A stretch of DNA of 64,000 nt from Bdellovibrio sp. (GTDB lineage Bacteria > Bdellovibrionota > Bdellovibrionia > Bdellovibrionales > Bdellovibrionaceae). This document shows, one piece after another, positions 1 to 9,578 of the stretch. Each line of letters begins with the position of its first letter. The stretch's first letter is position 1. The notes under the pieces were generated by a model. It saw nothing but the letters and a program-made list of their open reading frames with translations. It searched no databases and had not been told where the DNA came from. The stretch is taken from contig JAKFCY010000002.1 of assembly GCA_036676395.1 (NCBI GenBank), positions 832,001-896,000 on the forward strand, read 5' to 3'. Made by a program: the position numbers and the translations under genes.

Positions 1-588
1 GCCGCGTATTTCGACCTTCTTATTTCTTATAGTCAGCCCCGATCAGAACCTGAGCGTTTAGCGGCTGGACGACAGCTTATAAATATGCAGCGCGATCAAT
101 ATACACAACTTGAAGTTCAAGCTGAAACAGCTGCAAGTGATGCTTTAGGCCCTGTTATTTTAACACTTCTGACTTTTCATGATCTTGAAGCAACAACTGA
201 GGAGTTAGCCCGTATCATGAATGCTGATCAAAATAAAATTCAAATGATCTTGGATAAGTTCGTTCAGTTTAATATTGTAGAATTTAAATCCGATCGCTAT
301 TGGCTCGATGCAGAAGCCATAAAAATAGCAGACAGTCCAAACTTAGAATCGTTACAAAATTTTCATCGATACTGGTTAGATAGAGGTAAGGAAGCGTTTA
401 GATTTGATTTTAAAACCCGCAGATTTAGATCGTTGAAGTTTGCGTTAACTGAAGAAGAATTTAATTTGGCTCTTGAAAAAATCAATGAATTTGCGCTATC
501 CATTTTAAATCAATTTCACACATCCCAGATGAGTGGACGCAGATTGTACATGTTGGAAAATGTTCTTTTTCCGATAACCGACCAATAA
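1..588 (+). CDS. TIGR02147/DUF4423-like protein, 5'-truncated by window edge
   Basis: Frame is open from base 1 (AAYFDLLISYSQ...). C-terminal FHRYWL..GKEA and SLKFALTEEEF..ALEKINEF..LY...LFP pattern resembles this Bdellovibrio/Fibrobacter-expanded family. Confidence 0.6.
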   Translation, partial: AAYFDLLISYSQPRSEPERLAAGRQLINMQRDQYTQLEVQAETAASDALGPVILTLLTFHDLEATTEELARIMNADQNKIQMILDKFVQFNIVEFKSDRYWLDAEAIKIADSPNLESLQNFHRYWLDRGKEAFRFDFKTRRFRSLKFALTEEEFNLALEKINEFALSILNQFHTSQMSGRRLYMLENVLFPITDQ

Positions 589-614
589 GGTCTTTCCGAC
601 TGCGCCAATTCAGT

Positions 615-1349
615 TTAAATATTTTTTAAAAGTTCACGCGCTCCCTCAATTAAAGTGTCACTCCTTCTAATTTTGAATATCACATTGGTTTTTTCTGTGG
701 ATAAGATTCTATCAATTCTAAATAATCTTGCGGCCTGACGTAGTTCATCCCAGCATAAGAAGTACCAAACGGGAAATTCTAGATACAATATTTGAGGTTC
801 TACTAAACGTTCAGTGATTTCGTTTTTGGCAGACTTATATCTAATTTTAATTTTTGTAAAATTAAAAAAACTATCTGTCAGAGCACCTAAAACAGACTGT
901 CGGGGAGCTGTATAACTTTGAAGTACATGTTCGGATGCGATGTCGCCTACCAATATCCGTTTTCTTATTCTTGAAATGATTTGTTGTTGTTCAATCGGGA
1001 ACGCCGATGAAATTCTATTCTTTATCGAATGTATATTATCTACAAGTATCGGCGACTTGATGGATTCTGTTATTGTCAGTGAAACTAACAAGGTGATGAC
1101 TTCAGAATTATTTAAATGTAACTGATTGAGTCCCCATCGGCCAACAATTGAAATTCCGCCTCCACGACCTCTTTCTGATTCTATGGGCACACCGGTTTCT
1201 TTAAGCTCTGCAAGATCCCGCATGAGCGTGCGATAGCTAATATCAAGCTGGTCACAAAGTCTTTTGCTTGTCCAATAACTTTCAGACCGAAGGCAATCAA
1301 CGATTTGCTCTTGTCTTTCTTTTTTTTCTCTTAAGCTGCCTTTTGCCAT
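615..1349 (-). CDS. HTH-WYL (YafY-like) transcriptional regulator
   Basis: N-terminal HTH (LDISYRTLMRDLAEL..GVPIESERGRGGG) and WYL domain (ERLVEP...WYFLCWDELRQAARLFRIDRI). Start taken at ATG 1349. Confidence 0.9.
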   Translation of the reverse strand: MAKGSLREKKERQEQIVDCLRSESYWTSKRLCDQLDISYRTLMRDLAELKETGVPIESERGRGGGISIVGRWGLNQLHLNNSEVITLLVSLTITESIKSPILVDNIHSIKNRISSAFPIEQQQIISRIRKRILVGDIASEHVLQSYTAPRQSVLGALTDSFFNFTKIKIRYKSAKNEITERLVEPQILYLEFPVWYFLCWDELRQAARLFRIDRILSTEKTNVIFKIRRSDTLIEGARELLKNI

Positions 1350-1368
1350 ACTACTGACTATAGCACAA

Positions 1369-1389
1369 ATGTGCCAAATAGTGGCATAT
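1369..1389. promoter_or_regulatory. Palindromic operator ATGTGCCA-AATAG-TGGCATAT between divergent WYL regulator and hydrolase
   Basis: Inverted repeat with 7/8 arm match in the short divergent intergenic region. Confidence 0.5.
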
Positions 1390-1423
1390 ATTGTCATATA
1401 ATTGTCTGAAAAGGAGAGGTGTA

Positions 1424-2368
1424 ATGTTTAATCCAAAAAATTTTCCAAATTCCACTATTGTTTCAGTCAATGATATTGAGCTTGAGGTCTTTGAAGCCGG
1501 CCAGCAAAATATAGGAAGGCCTATTGTGCTCTGTCATGGTTGGCCAGAGCATGCTTTTTCATGGCGATTTCAAATTCCTGCCTTGGTGGCCGCAGGCTAT
1601 CATGTCATAGTGCCAAACCAGCGAGGTTATGGTAACTCCTCTCGTCCATCGGAAGTAGCAGCCTATGATATCGAAAACTTATCGGCCGATCTCGTCGCAC
1701 TTCTTGATCACTACGGGTATGAAAAAGCCATTTTTGTAGGTCATGATTGGGGCGCGATGGTTGTCTGGGGGCTGACGTTATTGCATCCAGAGCGGGTAGA
1801 CAAGGTGATAAACTTGGCCTTACCTTATCAAGCGCGCGGAGAAAAACCTTGGCTTGAGCTCATGGAACAATTTCTTGGCGGCGACTACTATTTTGTTCAC
1901 TTCAATCGACAGCCAGGCATCGCGGACGCGATTTTAGAAGAAAATACTTCTCAGTTTATTCGTAATATTTTTCGCAAGAATGTACCTGCTGCACCGCCTG
2001 AGCCGGGTATGATGATGATCAATCTTGCCAGGTCTGAATCACCACTTGGTGAACCCATAATGAACGACAGCGCATTGGCTGTTTTTGTATCGGCCTTTAA
2101 AGCCTCAGGGTTCACAGGCAGCATAAACTGGTATAGGAACCTCGACCGCAATTGGCATTTATTAGCAAATGTAAACCCAATTATCCAACAGCCTACACTC
2201 ATGATCTATGGCAGCCGTGATTTGATCCCAAAGTCTGACAACCTGACCGAGTTCGTGCCTAATGTGAAAGAAGTCAGTCTGAATTGTGGTCACTGGATTC
2301 AGCAAGAAATGCCGGAAGAAACAAACCGAGTAATTTTAAATTGGTTAGAGCAGCAGGGGGCTCCCTAG
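1424..2368 (+). CDS. Epoxide hydrolase-like alpha/beta hydrolase
   Basis: HGWPE oxyanion motif, RGYG.S, GHDWG nucleophile elbow, GHWIQQE. SD AGGAG before ATG 1424. Confidence 0.9.
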   Translation: MFNPKNFPNSTIVSVNDIELEVFEAGQQNIGRPIVLCHGWPEHAFSWRFQIPALVAAGYHVIVPNQRGYGNSSRPSEVAAYDIENLSADLVALLDHYGYEKAIFVGHDWGAMVVWGLTLLHPERVDKVINLALPYQARGEKPWLELMEQFLGGDYYFVHFNRQPGIADAILEENTSQFIRNIFRKNVPAAPPEPGMMMINLARSESPLGEPIMNDSALAVFVSAFKASGFTGSINWYRNLDRNWHLLANVNPIIQQPTLMIYGSRDLIPKSDNLTEFVPNVKEVSLNCGHWIQQEMPEETNRVILNWLEQQGAP

Positions 2369-2402
2369 AACTTTTGCTCAGTATTTGTAAAACGTAATTC
2401 TT

Positions 2403-2430
2403 AGAGGAGGCCTTTTGGCTTCCTCTTTTT
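2403..2430 (+). terminator. Rho-independent terminator
   Basis: AGAGGAGGCC-TTTT-GGCTTCCTCT followed by a T-tract. Confidence 0.75.
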
Positions 2431-2601
2431 ATTTGTGCTTAAATGTTTTATAAACTGTCAAATTAGTTAGCGCTCCTCTCGTTGTGATACTCATTTTTTT
2501 CAAAAATTCGACTTATCTGAACACCTGCATTATTCTTAATAAAACGATAGAGCGCAGGATGTGATCTGTTATTGGCCTATCAAAAAAAAGGAGTTTTAAA
2601 A

Positions 2602-3414
2602 ATGGGTACGCCAAAGGGTTTTAGTAAATTAACGTATGCGACCACACTGTTATTAGTAACAGTTATGGCCGGGTGTTCGGTTGGTCCAGAAGAGGGCGAA
2701 GGCGAAAGTACATCGAGTATGGAAATCGGTTACGGTTATTCTTCGATGGCCAGCGCTTACAAAATCGGTGTTGAAGATGCAACAGTGCAGGATTTAATTC
2801 CGCATAAAGTTGCGTGTCCTTCGCAAAAAAATGGTAAACACCAAGATCAGATCTGTATTCAGATTTGTCATGTTCCTCCGGGAAATCCAGACAACTCGCA
2901 CGATAAGGTACTTCCGCTTTCAGCGATTAAAGCTCACTTAGGCCACGGTGATTATTTAGGCCGTTGTGATGCTTCAGTTGGCGAACTTCCAGTAGATGAA
3001 GGTTCTGGTGGTGGTACGACAGATGATGGTAATACAGGTGGCACAACAGATGATTCTTCTTCAGGTGATCCTTCGTCGGGTACGACAACAACAGATGATG
3101 GTTCAACAGGTGGTGAGACCTTACCAACTGACCCTTCAACTGAAGACCCTTCTTCTGGAGACGGGCCAACAGGTGATTCGATATCTGGTGGATCTACTGA
3201 TGAATCGGTTCCTGATTCAGGAAGTTCATCTGGTGGGGATTCATCTTCGGGTGGTGAAACTTTTCCTGACGAGGGCACTGGTGGCAGTGTCGACGACGGC
3301 GCAGGTGATAGTGCAGATGGCAGTACAGAAGTTCCAAATTTCTGCGTGCCGTATTTTGACATCGATCAAAACTGCGATGGATTTAACGACAGCACCGGAA
3401 TGCCGTATTTATAA
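2602..3414 (+). CDS. Lipoprotein with CHVPPGNP module and acidic Gly/Ser/Thr low-complexity linker
   Basis: Lipobox MAGC; ICHVPPGNPDN...AHLGHGDYLGRC; D/G/S/T-rich tract; C-terminal DIDQNCDG. SD AGGAG. Confidence 0.75.
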   Translation: MGTPKGFSKLTYATTLLLVTVMAGCSVGPEEGEGESTSSMEIGYGYSSMASAYKIGVEDATVQDLIPHKVACPSQKNGKHQDQICIQICHVPPGNPDNSHDKVLPLSAIKAHLGHGDYLGRCDASVGELPVDEGSGGGTTDDGNTGGTTDDSSSGDPSSGTTTTDDGSTGGETLPTDPSTEDPSSGDGPTGDSISGGSTDESVPDSGSSSGGDSSSGGETFPDEGTGGSVDDGAGDSADGSTEVPNFCVPYFDIDQNCDGFNDSTGMPYL

Positions 3415-3438
3415 TAATGAACTGTAAAAGATAAATTC

Positions 3439-3473
3439 AAAGCTTCGAATCTAATTTAGGTTCGAAGCTTTTT
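3439..3473. terminator. Bidirectional terminator between convergent genes
   Basis: AAAGCTTCGAA...TTCGAAGCTTT inverted repeat. Confidence 0.7.
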
Positions 3474-3483
3474 GGTATTTTAA

Positions 3484-3828
3484 TCAGCTCCATTCGACTC
3501 CCCATTTTGCCAAGGCCTCGACAACACCTTTTAGTGCCAATCCTTTTTTGGTTAAAGAGTATTCGACGCGTGGAGGGATTTCTGCATATATTTTTTTCGT
3601 AACTATTTTTGCTTTTTCAAGTTGGCGTAGTCGATCAGTCAAGGTCTTGGGATTTAGATCGCCTAGTGATCTTTTCAGTTCTCCAAACCTTTTTGTTCCA
3701 CTAAGAAGGTCTCGCAAAACAAGAATTGTCCACTTTCCATCGAGCGCTTCTAAAGTTTTCCTGACAGGACAGTCTGGATTACATGCGTCATCAAAATTAT
3801 TTTTATTTTTTTTTGCTAAAGATTTCAC
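3484..3828 (-). CDS. HxlR-family winged-helix regulator
   Basis: CPV..TL..L.GKW...RFGEL...PPRVEYSLT..G signature. Confidence 0.92.
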   Translation of the reverse strand: MKSLAKKNKNNFDDACNPDCPVRKTLEALDGKWTILVLRDLLSGTKRFGELKRSLGDLNPKTLTDRLRQLEKAKIVTKKIYAEIPPRVEYSLTKKGLALKGVVEALAKWGVEWS

Positions 3829-3934
3829 TGTTTATTACCTTTCCTTCCACATAGTTACTTTTTTACTACTACTTTAAAATATAATCAAAGATCTCTAATA
3901 TAACTGTAACAGGTTATAACCAGGAGAACCACAT

Positions 3935-4516
3935 ATGAAGTTCAAATTTCAATTAACCACTCTTATTTTAGGAGTGGCTTTTGCCCTAGGGGCGATTCAA
4001 GTTCATGCAGCAGAAATTTCGGTTGAGACTGATCCCGCAACATTTGCATTCGAAGGCTACGCCGGGCATGTAAGGATTCAACCAGACGGTTCTCCGTGGG
4101 TTATTAGTTTGGGTGCCTACTCTCTTAAATTTCCTGGTATTATGCGAAAACTTGTAATTGAGCCCTCGTCTGACAGTATAAACCTTAAACTCGACTCAGG
4201 GGTGGGGCTGTTTGTGGATCGCTATTGGTCTGCAGCAAAAAATGAAGGCTTTTTTACAGGAGCTCAGGTTGCGCATCACAATCTAACCGTCAGTGACAAA
4301 AATGCACCGGGCAGTGAATCTAAATACAAAGCTGTGATTGTTATGCCTAGGATGGGATATCGTTGGAACATAGGAAATAGCGGATTTTACCTTTTGCCTT
4401 GGGCGGGGCTTGGCTTTGTTTCTACAATTGGAGATGATCCAAAAATTGGAAACCAAACTTACTCTGCAAAAAAAATGCTGCCATTTGGAACCCTTCATCT
4501 TGGTTATCAGTTTTGA
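3935..4516 (+). CDS. Predicted outer-membrane beta-barrel protein
   Basis: Signal peptide, amphipathic strands (PRMGYRW, LLPWAGLG), terminal LHLGYQF. Confidence 0.65.
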   Translation: MKFKFQLTTLILGVAFALGAIQVHAAEISVETDPATFAFEGYAGHVRIQPDGSPWVISLGAYSLKFPGIMRKLVIEPSSDSINLKLDSGVGLFVDRYWSAAKNEGFFTGAQVAHHNLTVSDKNAPGSESKYKAVIVMPRMGYRWNIGNSGFYLLPWAGLGFVSTIGDDPKIGNQTYSAKKMLPFGTLHLGYQF

Positions 4517-5583
4517 AAGTGCTGAAGCGGGTAAGTCTAGCTATGAGTTTTCTTGGTTTTTTTGGTTGTGTTTCGACTGGCCAGAAAGTTTCGGATCACT
4601 TTGACGGCAAAAAATTCTTTTATAAAGACGCTCCAGCACAGAAAAGTTTTTTTGATCTCTTCAAATGGCAAATGACAGGAGAGAAATCCAAGTGGCCAGA
4701 ATGGATCAACGATAATGCTCAACCTGATCTGCAAACCCATGTCGAAAAAGGAACGGCTTGGATTACTTATATTAATCATGCAACTCATTTGATCCAGTTA
4801 AATAATTTGAATATTTTAACGGATCCTATATTTTCCGAACGAGCCAGCCCATACAGATGGGTTGGTCCCAAGCGCATTCGGCACCCCGGAATTCATTTCA
4901 ATGATCTGCCAAAAATCGATGTCGTTATTCTAAGCCACAATCACTATGATCACATGGACTTACAGTCGATCTCTGAACTAGAAAGAAAATTTAGGCCACT
5001 TTTTTTAGTTCCATTGGGAAATGCAAGTCTTCTTAAAGAATCTGGAGCCACAAATGTGCATGAATTGGATTGGTGGGAATCCAAAAGAGTTGGAGATAAC
5101 CAAGATGAGATTTTTTTAACACCTCTTCATCATTGGAGTGCGCGCGGGCTTTTTGATCAAAATGAGAGTCTATGGGGCGGGTACGTCATTCGATCAGCTG
5201 AATTAAAACTATTTTTTGGGGGAGATTCTGCCTACGGACCTTTTTTTAAGGAAGTCTATAGTAGATTCGGTGCGATGGATGTCTCCATAATTCCAATTGG
5301 AGCTTATGAGCCTCGTTGGTTTATGAAGGACCAGCATTTAAACCCTGATGAAGCTGTTCAGGTTCATCTTGATTTGAAGTCTCGATTGAGTATTGCAACT
5401 CACTTTGGAACATTTCCACTAACTGATGAGGGATACGATCAGCCCGTTATTGATTTGCAGGCCGCTTTGTTAAAATTGAATATTTCAAACCATGAATTTG
5501 TTGCTACGAAAAATGGCGGCACAGTTTATTTTCGTAGAAATCTTAGTTTAGGGAAGCAATCAAAACTGCGATGGATTCAATGA
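4513..5583 (+). CDS. MBL-fold metallo-hydrolase (NAPE-PLD/RomA-like), probable lipoprotein
   Basis: SHNHYDHMD, HHWSAR, GDS, PIGAYEPRWFM motifs. TTG start overlaps the upstream stop. Confidence 0.9.
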   Translation: MKVLKRVSLAMSFLGFFGCVSTGQKVSDHFDGKKFFYKDAPAQKSFFDLFKWQMTGEKSKWPEWINDNAQPDLQTHVEKGTAWITYINHATHLIQLNNLNILTDPIFSERASPYRWVGPKRIRHPGIHFNDLPKIDVVILSHNHYDHMDLQSISELERKFRPLFLVPLGNASLLKESGATNVHELDWWESKRVGDNQDEIFLTPLHHWSARGLFDQNESLWGGYVIRSAELKLFFGGDSAYGPFFKEVYSRFGAMDVSIIPIGAYEPRWFMKDQHLNPDEAVQVHLDLKSRLSIATHFGTFPLTDEGYDQPVIDLQAALLKLNISNHEFVATKNGGTVYFRRNLSLGKQSKLRWIQ

Positions 5584-5668
5584 CAGCAGATGATGGCCTT
5601 TTGCCTCATTTGCCGCAGCTCAGTCGTAGTTTGATAGTGGCTCAGACTTTGCAATTTCTATTGTCACG

Positions 5669-7576
5669 ATGTTAAGAAAAAATCATGACAACTTACATAT
5701 GCAGCACAATGAAAAAGATCACTTTAAGGCTTTATCTCAAGTTGTGCCTGTAGGTATTTTCTTTGCTGATCAGCAAGGTATCTGCACCTATGCCAATGAT
5801 AAGTGGCTGGATATTTCGGGCCTGCAGTTGCGCGATGTGCTTAACAAGAATTGGTTAAAATTCATTCACCCTGACGATCAGACAAAAATTTCTAAAGCTT
5901 GGCAGATTGCCACCCGTAGGCAAATTCCTTTTCAACAAGAGTTTCGCTTACTTCATTCTAATAACGAAATTACTTGGGTTAATGTGCAAGCAAATCCTTT
6001 AAAAGATCAGGCAGGTTCTATTCGCTATGCCGGGGTCTTAAGTGAAATTAGTGAACGCATGAAAGAGCAAGAGATTTCTCGTGAAAATGCAGAACGCTTC
6101 ACGAATGCTTTTGAGTATGCGTCGATTGGGATGGCGTTAATTTCAATCGAGGGCGGCTGGCTCAAGGTTAATCAAACGGTCTGTGATTTATTGGGTTACA
6201 CGAAGTCAGAATTAATGCATTTAACTTTTCAACAAATTACTCATCCAGATGATCTGGCTCAGGATCTGGATTATGTGCACATGCTACTCGATGGTAAAAT
6301 TAAAAGCTATGGCTTGGAAAAACGCTATTTTACCAAATCCGGAAAAACTGTTTGGGCTCATTTAAGTGTTTCACTCGTGCGCAATCAAAAAGGTGAGCCA
6401 CTTTATTTTATTTCTCAGATAGAAGATATTTCTGATCGCAAACGCATGGAAGAAGAGCTTAGAAAAAATGAGCAGCGATTACTTATGGCCACAACCTCGG
6501 CTCAACTTGGGGTTTGGGATTTCGATTTAGAAGCAAATAGACTTGAGTGGAATGATCAGATGTACGCACTTTATGGTGTAAAACGAGAAGATTTTCAGCC
6601 CTCGTTTGAAGGCTGGAAAAAAAGTCTGCATCCAGATGACATGAGCCGCAGTATTCAGGATTTTCAGGCCTCTTTAAGTGGCGAAAAATTTAATTCAGAG
6701 TTTAGGGTTGTGTGGCCGAACGGAACCATAAGAAATATCAAAGCTATGGCTGGGCTTGTGCGCAATGCTCAAGGGGTTGCAACGCGGGTGACGGGGATCA
6801 ATCAAGATATTACCGAAGATAAAAGAGCCATGGAAAGACTAAAAGAATTAAATGAATATCTTGAAGAAGCCCGTAATGTTGCAGAAAAAGCGACCGTGTT
6901 AAGATCACGTTTTCTGGATATAGCGGCGCACGAACTACGCACACCAGTAACGGCATTTAATCTCATCTTGCAAATTGCGCAAAAGAAACTTGAAAAAGGC
7001 CAGCAAGTTGGCGCTGAAGTTTTAACGCGTCTTCAGATGCAGGGTGATCGTATCGCCCGATTGGTTGTAGATCTTTTGGATGTCTCAAGGCTTGAACGAG
7101 GAGTGCTGCAAATCAAGCGCGAGCCGGTGGATATATCGAATCTTATTATTAACTGCATGAATGAAAATAAGCTGAGATATCCAAATCGAGAGATCGTGTT
7201 CGCGCAAATAAAACCAGTGGTGATTAAAATTGATCCGATTAGGATTTATCAGGTGATTTCAAATTTATTGGACAATGCCTGTAAATATACGCCAGAAAAT
7301 TCTCCGATCGAAATATCTGTAAAAGATGAGCCTCATGGCGTGACTGTATCTGTAAGTGATCATGGTCCTGGTATTCCAGAAGCCCAGAAAGAAAGTTTAT
7401 TCACCATTTTTTCGCGCGGTTCGACTGAGTTGGTCGAGCGATCAGGTGGGCTTGGATTAGGGTTATTTATTTGCCAATCCCTTGTAGAACTTCATCAAGG
7501 AAAAATCGCTGTCACTAGCCAAATTGGTCAAGGAAGTACTTTTTCTTTCGAGCTTCCAAGAGAGGAAGCCTTATGA
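5669..7576 (+). CDS. Multi-PAS sensor histidine kinase
   Basis: Three PAS/PAC repeats (HPDD), AHELRTP H-box, NLLDNA, D.GPGI, GLGLGL. Confidence 0.93.
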   Translation: MLRKNHDNLHMQHNEKDHFKALSQVVPVGIFFADQQGICTYANDKWLDISGLQLRDVLNKNWLKFIHPDDQTKISKAWQIATRRQIPFQQEFRLLHSNNEITWVNVQANPLKDQAGSIRYAGVLSEISERMKEQEISRENAERFTNAFEYASIGMALISIEGGWLKVNQTVCDLLGYTKSELMHLTFQQITHPDDLAQDLDYVHMLLDGKIKSYGLEKRYFTKSGKTVWAHLSVSLVRNQKGEPLYFISQIEDISDRKRMEEELRKNEQRLLMATTSAQLGVWDFDLEANRLEWNDQMYALYGVKREDFQPSFEGWKKSLHPDDMSRSIQDFQASLSGEKFNSEFRVVWPNGTIRNIKAMAGLVRNAQGVATRVTGINQDITEDKRAMERLKELNEYLEEARNVAEKATVLRSRFLDIAAHELRTPVTAFNLILQIAQKKLEKGQQVGAEVLTRLQMQGDRIARLVVDLLDVSRLERGVLQIKREPVDISNLIINCMNENKLRYPNREIVFAQIKPVVIKIDPIRIYQVISNLLDNACKYTPENSPIEISVKDEPHGVTVSVSDHGPGIPEAQKESLFTIFSRGSTELVERSGGLGLGLFICQSLVELHQGKIAVTSQIGQGSTFSFELPREEAL

Positions 7577-7932
7577 AAAAAACCATTATGATCATCGAAG
7601 ATGAAAGCGACATTCGCTCATCGTTAAAAGAAATTTTAGAGCTTGTCGGCTACAATGTATTGACCGCAGAAAATGGATTAGACGCCTTAAATATTTTGAA
7701 AGCCTCTGTGACGCCCAATTTGATTCTTCTGGATATGAAAATGCCTGTGATGAATGGTTGGGAATTTGCCGACCAGTTTCGCAAAACTTACGATCACAAG
7801 TCACCGATTGTAGTTGTGACGGCTGCCGCTGATAGTGAACAAAGGGCAAAAGATATTAACGCTATAGGCTGGATATCTAAACCTTTTGAGCTGGACATGC
7901 TTCTTAAAAAAATCAAAGAATGCGAAAATTAG
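7573..7932 (+). CDS. Single-domain response regulator
   Basis: IIEDE, LLDMKMPVMNG, KPF. ATGA overlap with the kinase gene. Confidence 0.93.
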   Translation: MKKTIMIIEDESDIRSSLKEILELVGYNVLTAENGLDALNILKASVTPNLILLDMKMPVMNGWEFADQFRKTYDHKSPIVVVTAAADSEQRAKDINAIGWISKPFELDMLLKKIKECEN

Positions 7933-7981
7933 AAGAGCATTCCAATTGACGGAAAAATAAAGACATGTTTAGTATTAAAGC

Positions 7982-9502
7982 ATGAAAATACAGTGGAAGA
8001 TATTTTATTGCCTATTTACCATTGTACTGTTTTTAATCGTTATCGTTGCATTTACTTATAATGCGACCACCAAAGTTTCGTACTTTCGTGACCGTTCATT
8101 AGCTGTTGAAGGTCGCCTTTTGGCAGAAACTTATTTGCGAGCGCAAGTTAGAAATCAGCTGTTAGAAACATTTGATGTTTTGTATGTGTCAGGAATCGAC
8201 AGGTATGAAGATCGAATTAACCAAGGCAAAGAAGAAGTTCAAAATAAAATTTTGGATCTTAAAAATGCTCTCACGGAATCCGGTGTGATCGATGCCACCT
8301 ATAAAGCTGATCTGGATGAAATTGTAAATTCATATGATAGGCTGCAAAGCACTTTAGATCAGGGTGTAGCACTTTTAAAAAGTGGTAACGTAAAAGAAGC
8401 GCGCCAGGTTCTTATTGATGCCCGCGAGAATAAATTTAAAAAAGGCTTTCTTGAGAAAATCTCTGTGCTTATTGAGAAAGAATCGCAAATCAGTAATTTT
8501 GAATCAAATAATTTAGAACAAAGTATTAAGTGGCTTCAAAGAATACTTTTGCTTTCTGCAGGGGCTGCGTTGTTGTTGTCGTTAATTCTATCGACATTCA
8601 TTGCCCGTTCAATTGGACGAAGACTGGACCGCATCGAGAAGGCGGCACAAAGAATTTCTTCTGGTGATTTTAATATTTCGTTACCTACGCATGGACAAGA
8701 TGAGGTCTCGACATTGTCGCAGGCGATAAATAAAATGGCGGCATCTTTATTTGAAGCACAAACGCAAATCATCAAACAGCAGGAGCTATTGATTACAAGT
8801 TCTAAGATGTCATCCTTAGGTGAAATGGCCGGTGGCATTGCTCATGAAATTAATACGCCATTGGCCGTGATAGCGCTGAAGGCCGACTTGCTTGAAGCGG
8901 CAAGTAACACCGAGGAGTTTGCCTTAAACGGCAGAGAAATTGTTGCAGAGGCCTGTTCGATGATTCATAGAACAACCGATCGTATCGCAAAAATTATTAT
9001 TGGTCTTAGGGCTTTCGCACGTGATGGTACTTCTGATCCTTTTCAAAAAATGGATATGCAGACTATTGTTAAAGACACGCTTGATCTTTGTAGCGAAAAA
9101 TTTCGTAGCAGTGGAGTTGCGCTGCAAGTGCAAATGCCTGAAAGCGAATTAGCCTTAGCTTGTCGCGCAACGCAGATTTCGCAGGTTCTTTTAAATTTAT
9201 TAAGTAATTCATTTGATGCCATACAAGAGATTTCAGAAAAGTGGATAAAAATCGAGGCGCGGGATTTGGGCACTGAGGTAGAGTTGAGTGTGACTGATAG
9301 CGGCCATGGAATATCGGCGGCTATTCGCTCTAAACTGGCGCAACCCTTTTTCACTACTAAAGAAGTCGGCAAGGGCACAGGACTTGGTCTGAGTATATCT
9401 CGCGGAATTGTCATGGATCATGGCGGACGCTTAATCTTAGACGAACAAAGCCCTCATACTCGCTTTGTCATTATACTTCCGAAAGATCGGATCACTTCTT
9501 AA
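7982..9502 (+). CDS. Membrane HAMP sensor histidine kinase (NtrB-like)
   Basis: Two TM segments, HAMP, AHEINTPL, PFFTTK.VGKGTGLGL. Confidence 0.92.
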   Translation: MKIQWKIFYCLFTIVLFLIVIVAFTYNATTKVSYFRDRSLAVEGRLLAETYLRAQVRNQLLETFDVLYVSGIDRYEDRINQGKEEVQNKILDLKNALTESGVIDATYKADLDEIVNSYDRLQSTLDQGVALLKSGNVKEARQVLIDARENKFKKGFLEKISVLIEKESQISNFESNNLEQSIKWLQRILLLSAGAALLLSLILSTFIARSIGRRLDRIEKAAQRISSGDFNISLPTHGQDEVSTLSQAINKMAASLFEAQTQIIKQQELLITSSKMSSLGEMAGGIAHEINTPLAVIALKADLLEAASNTEEFALNGREIVAEACSMIHRTTDRIAKIIIGLRAFARDGTSDPFQKMDMQTIVKDTLDLCSEKFRSSGVALQVQMPESELALACRATQISQVLLNLLSNSFDAIQEISEKWIKIEARDLGTEVELSVTDSGHGISAAIRSKLAQPFFTTKEVGKGTGLGLSISRGIVMDHGGRLILDEQSPHTRFVIILPKDRITS

Positions 9503-9578
9503 TTTAATAAATTTGATCGTGGCACTGCTTTTGTATCTTGGATTGGTTTTCCGGGAATTTAATCCATTAGGGGGCTTT

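Noticed and set aside
2927..3427. Overlapping alternative-frame ORFs (His/Leu-rich, Ser/Pro-rich, Val/Gln-rich)
   Set aside because: Shadow frames of the low-complexity lipoprotein gene.
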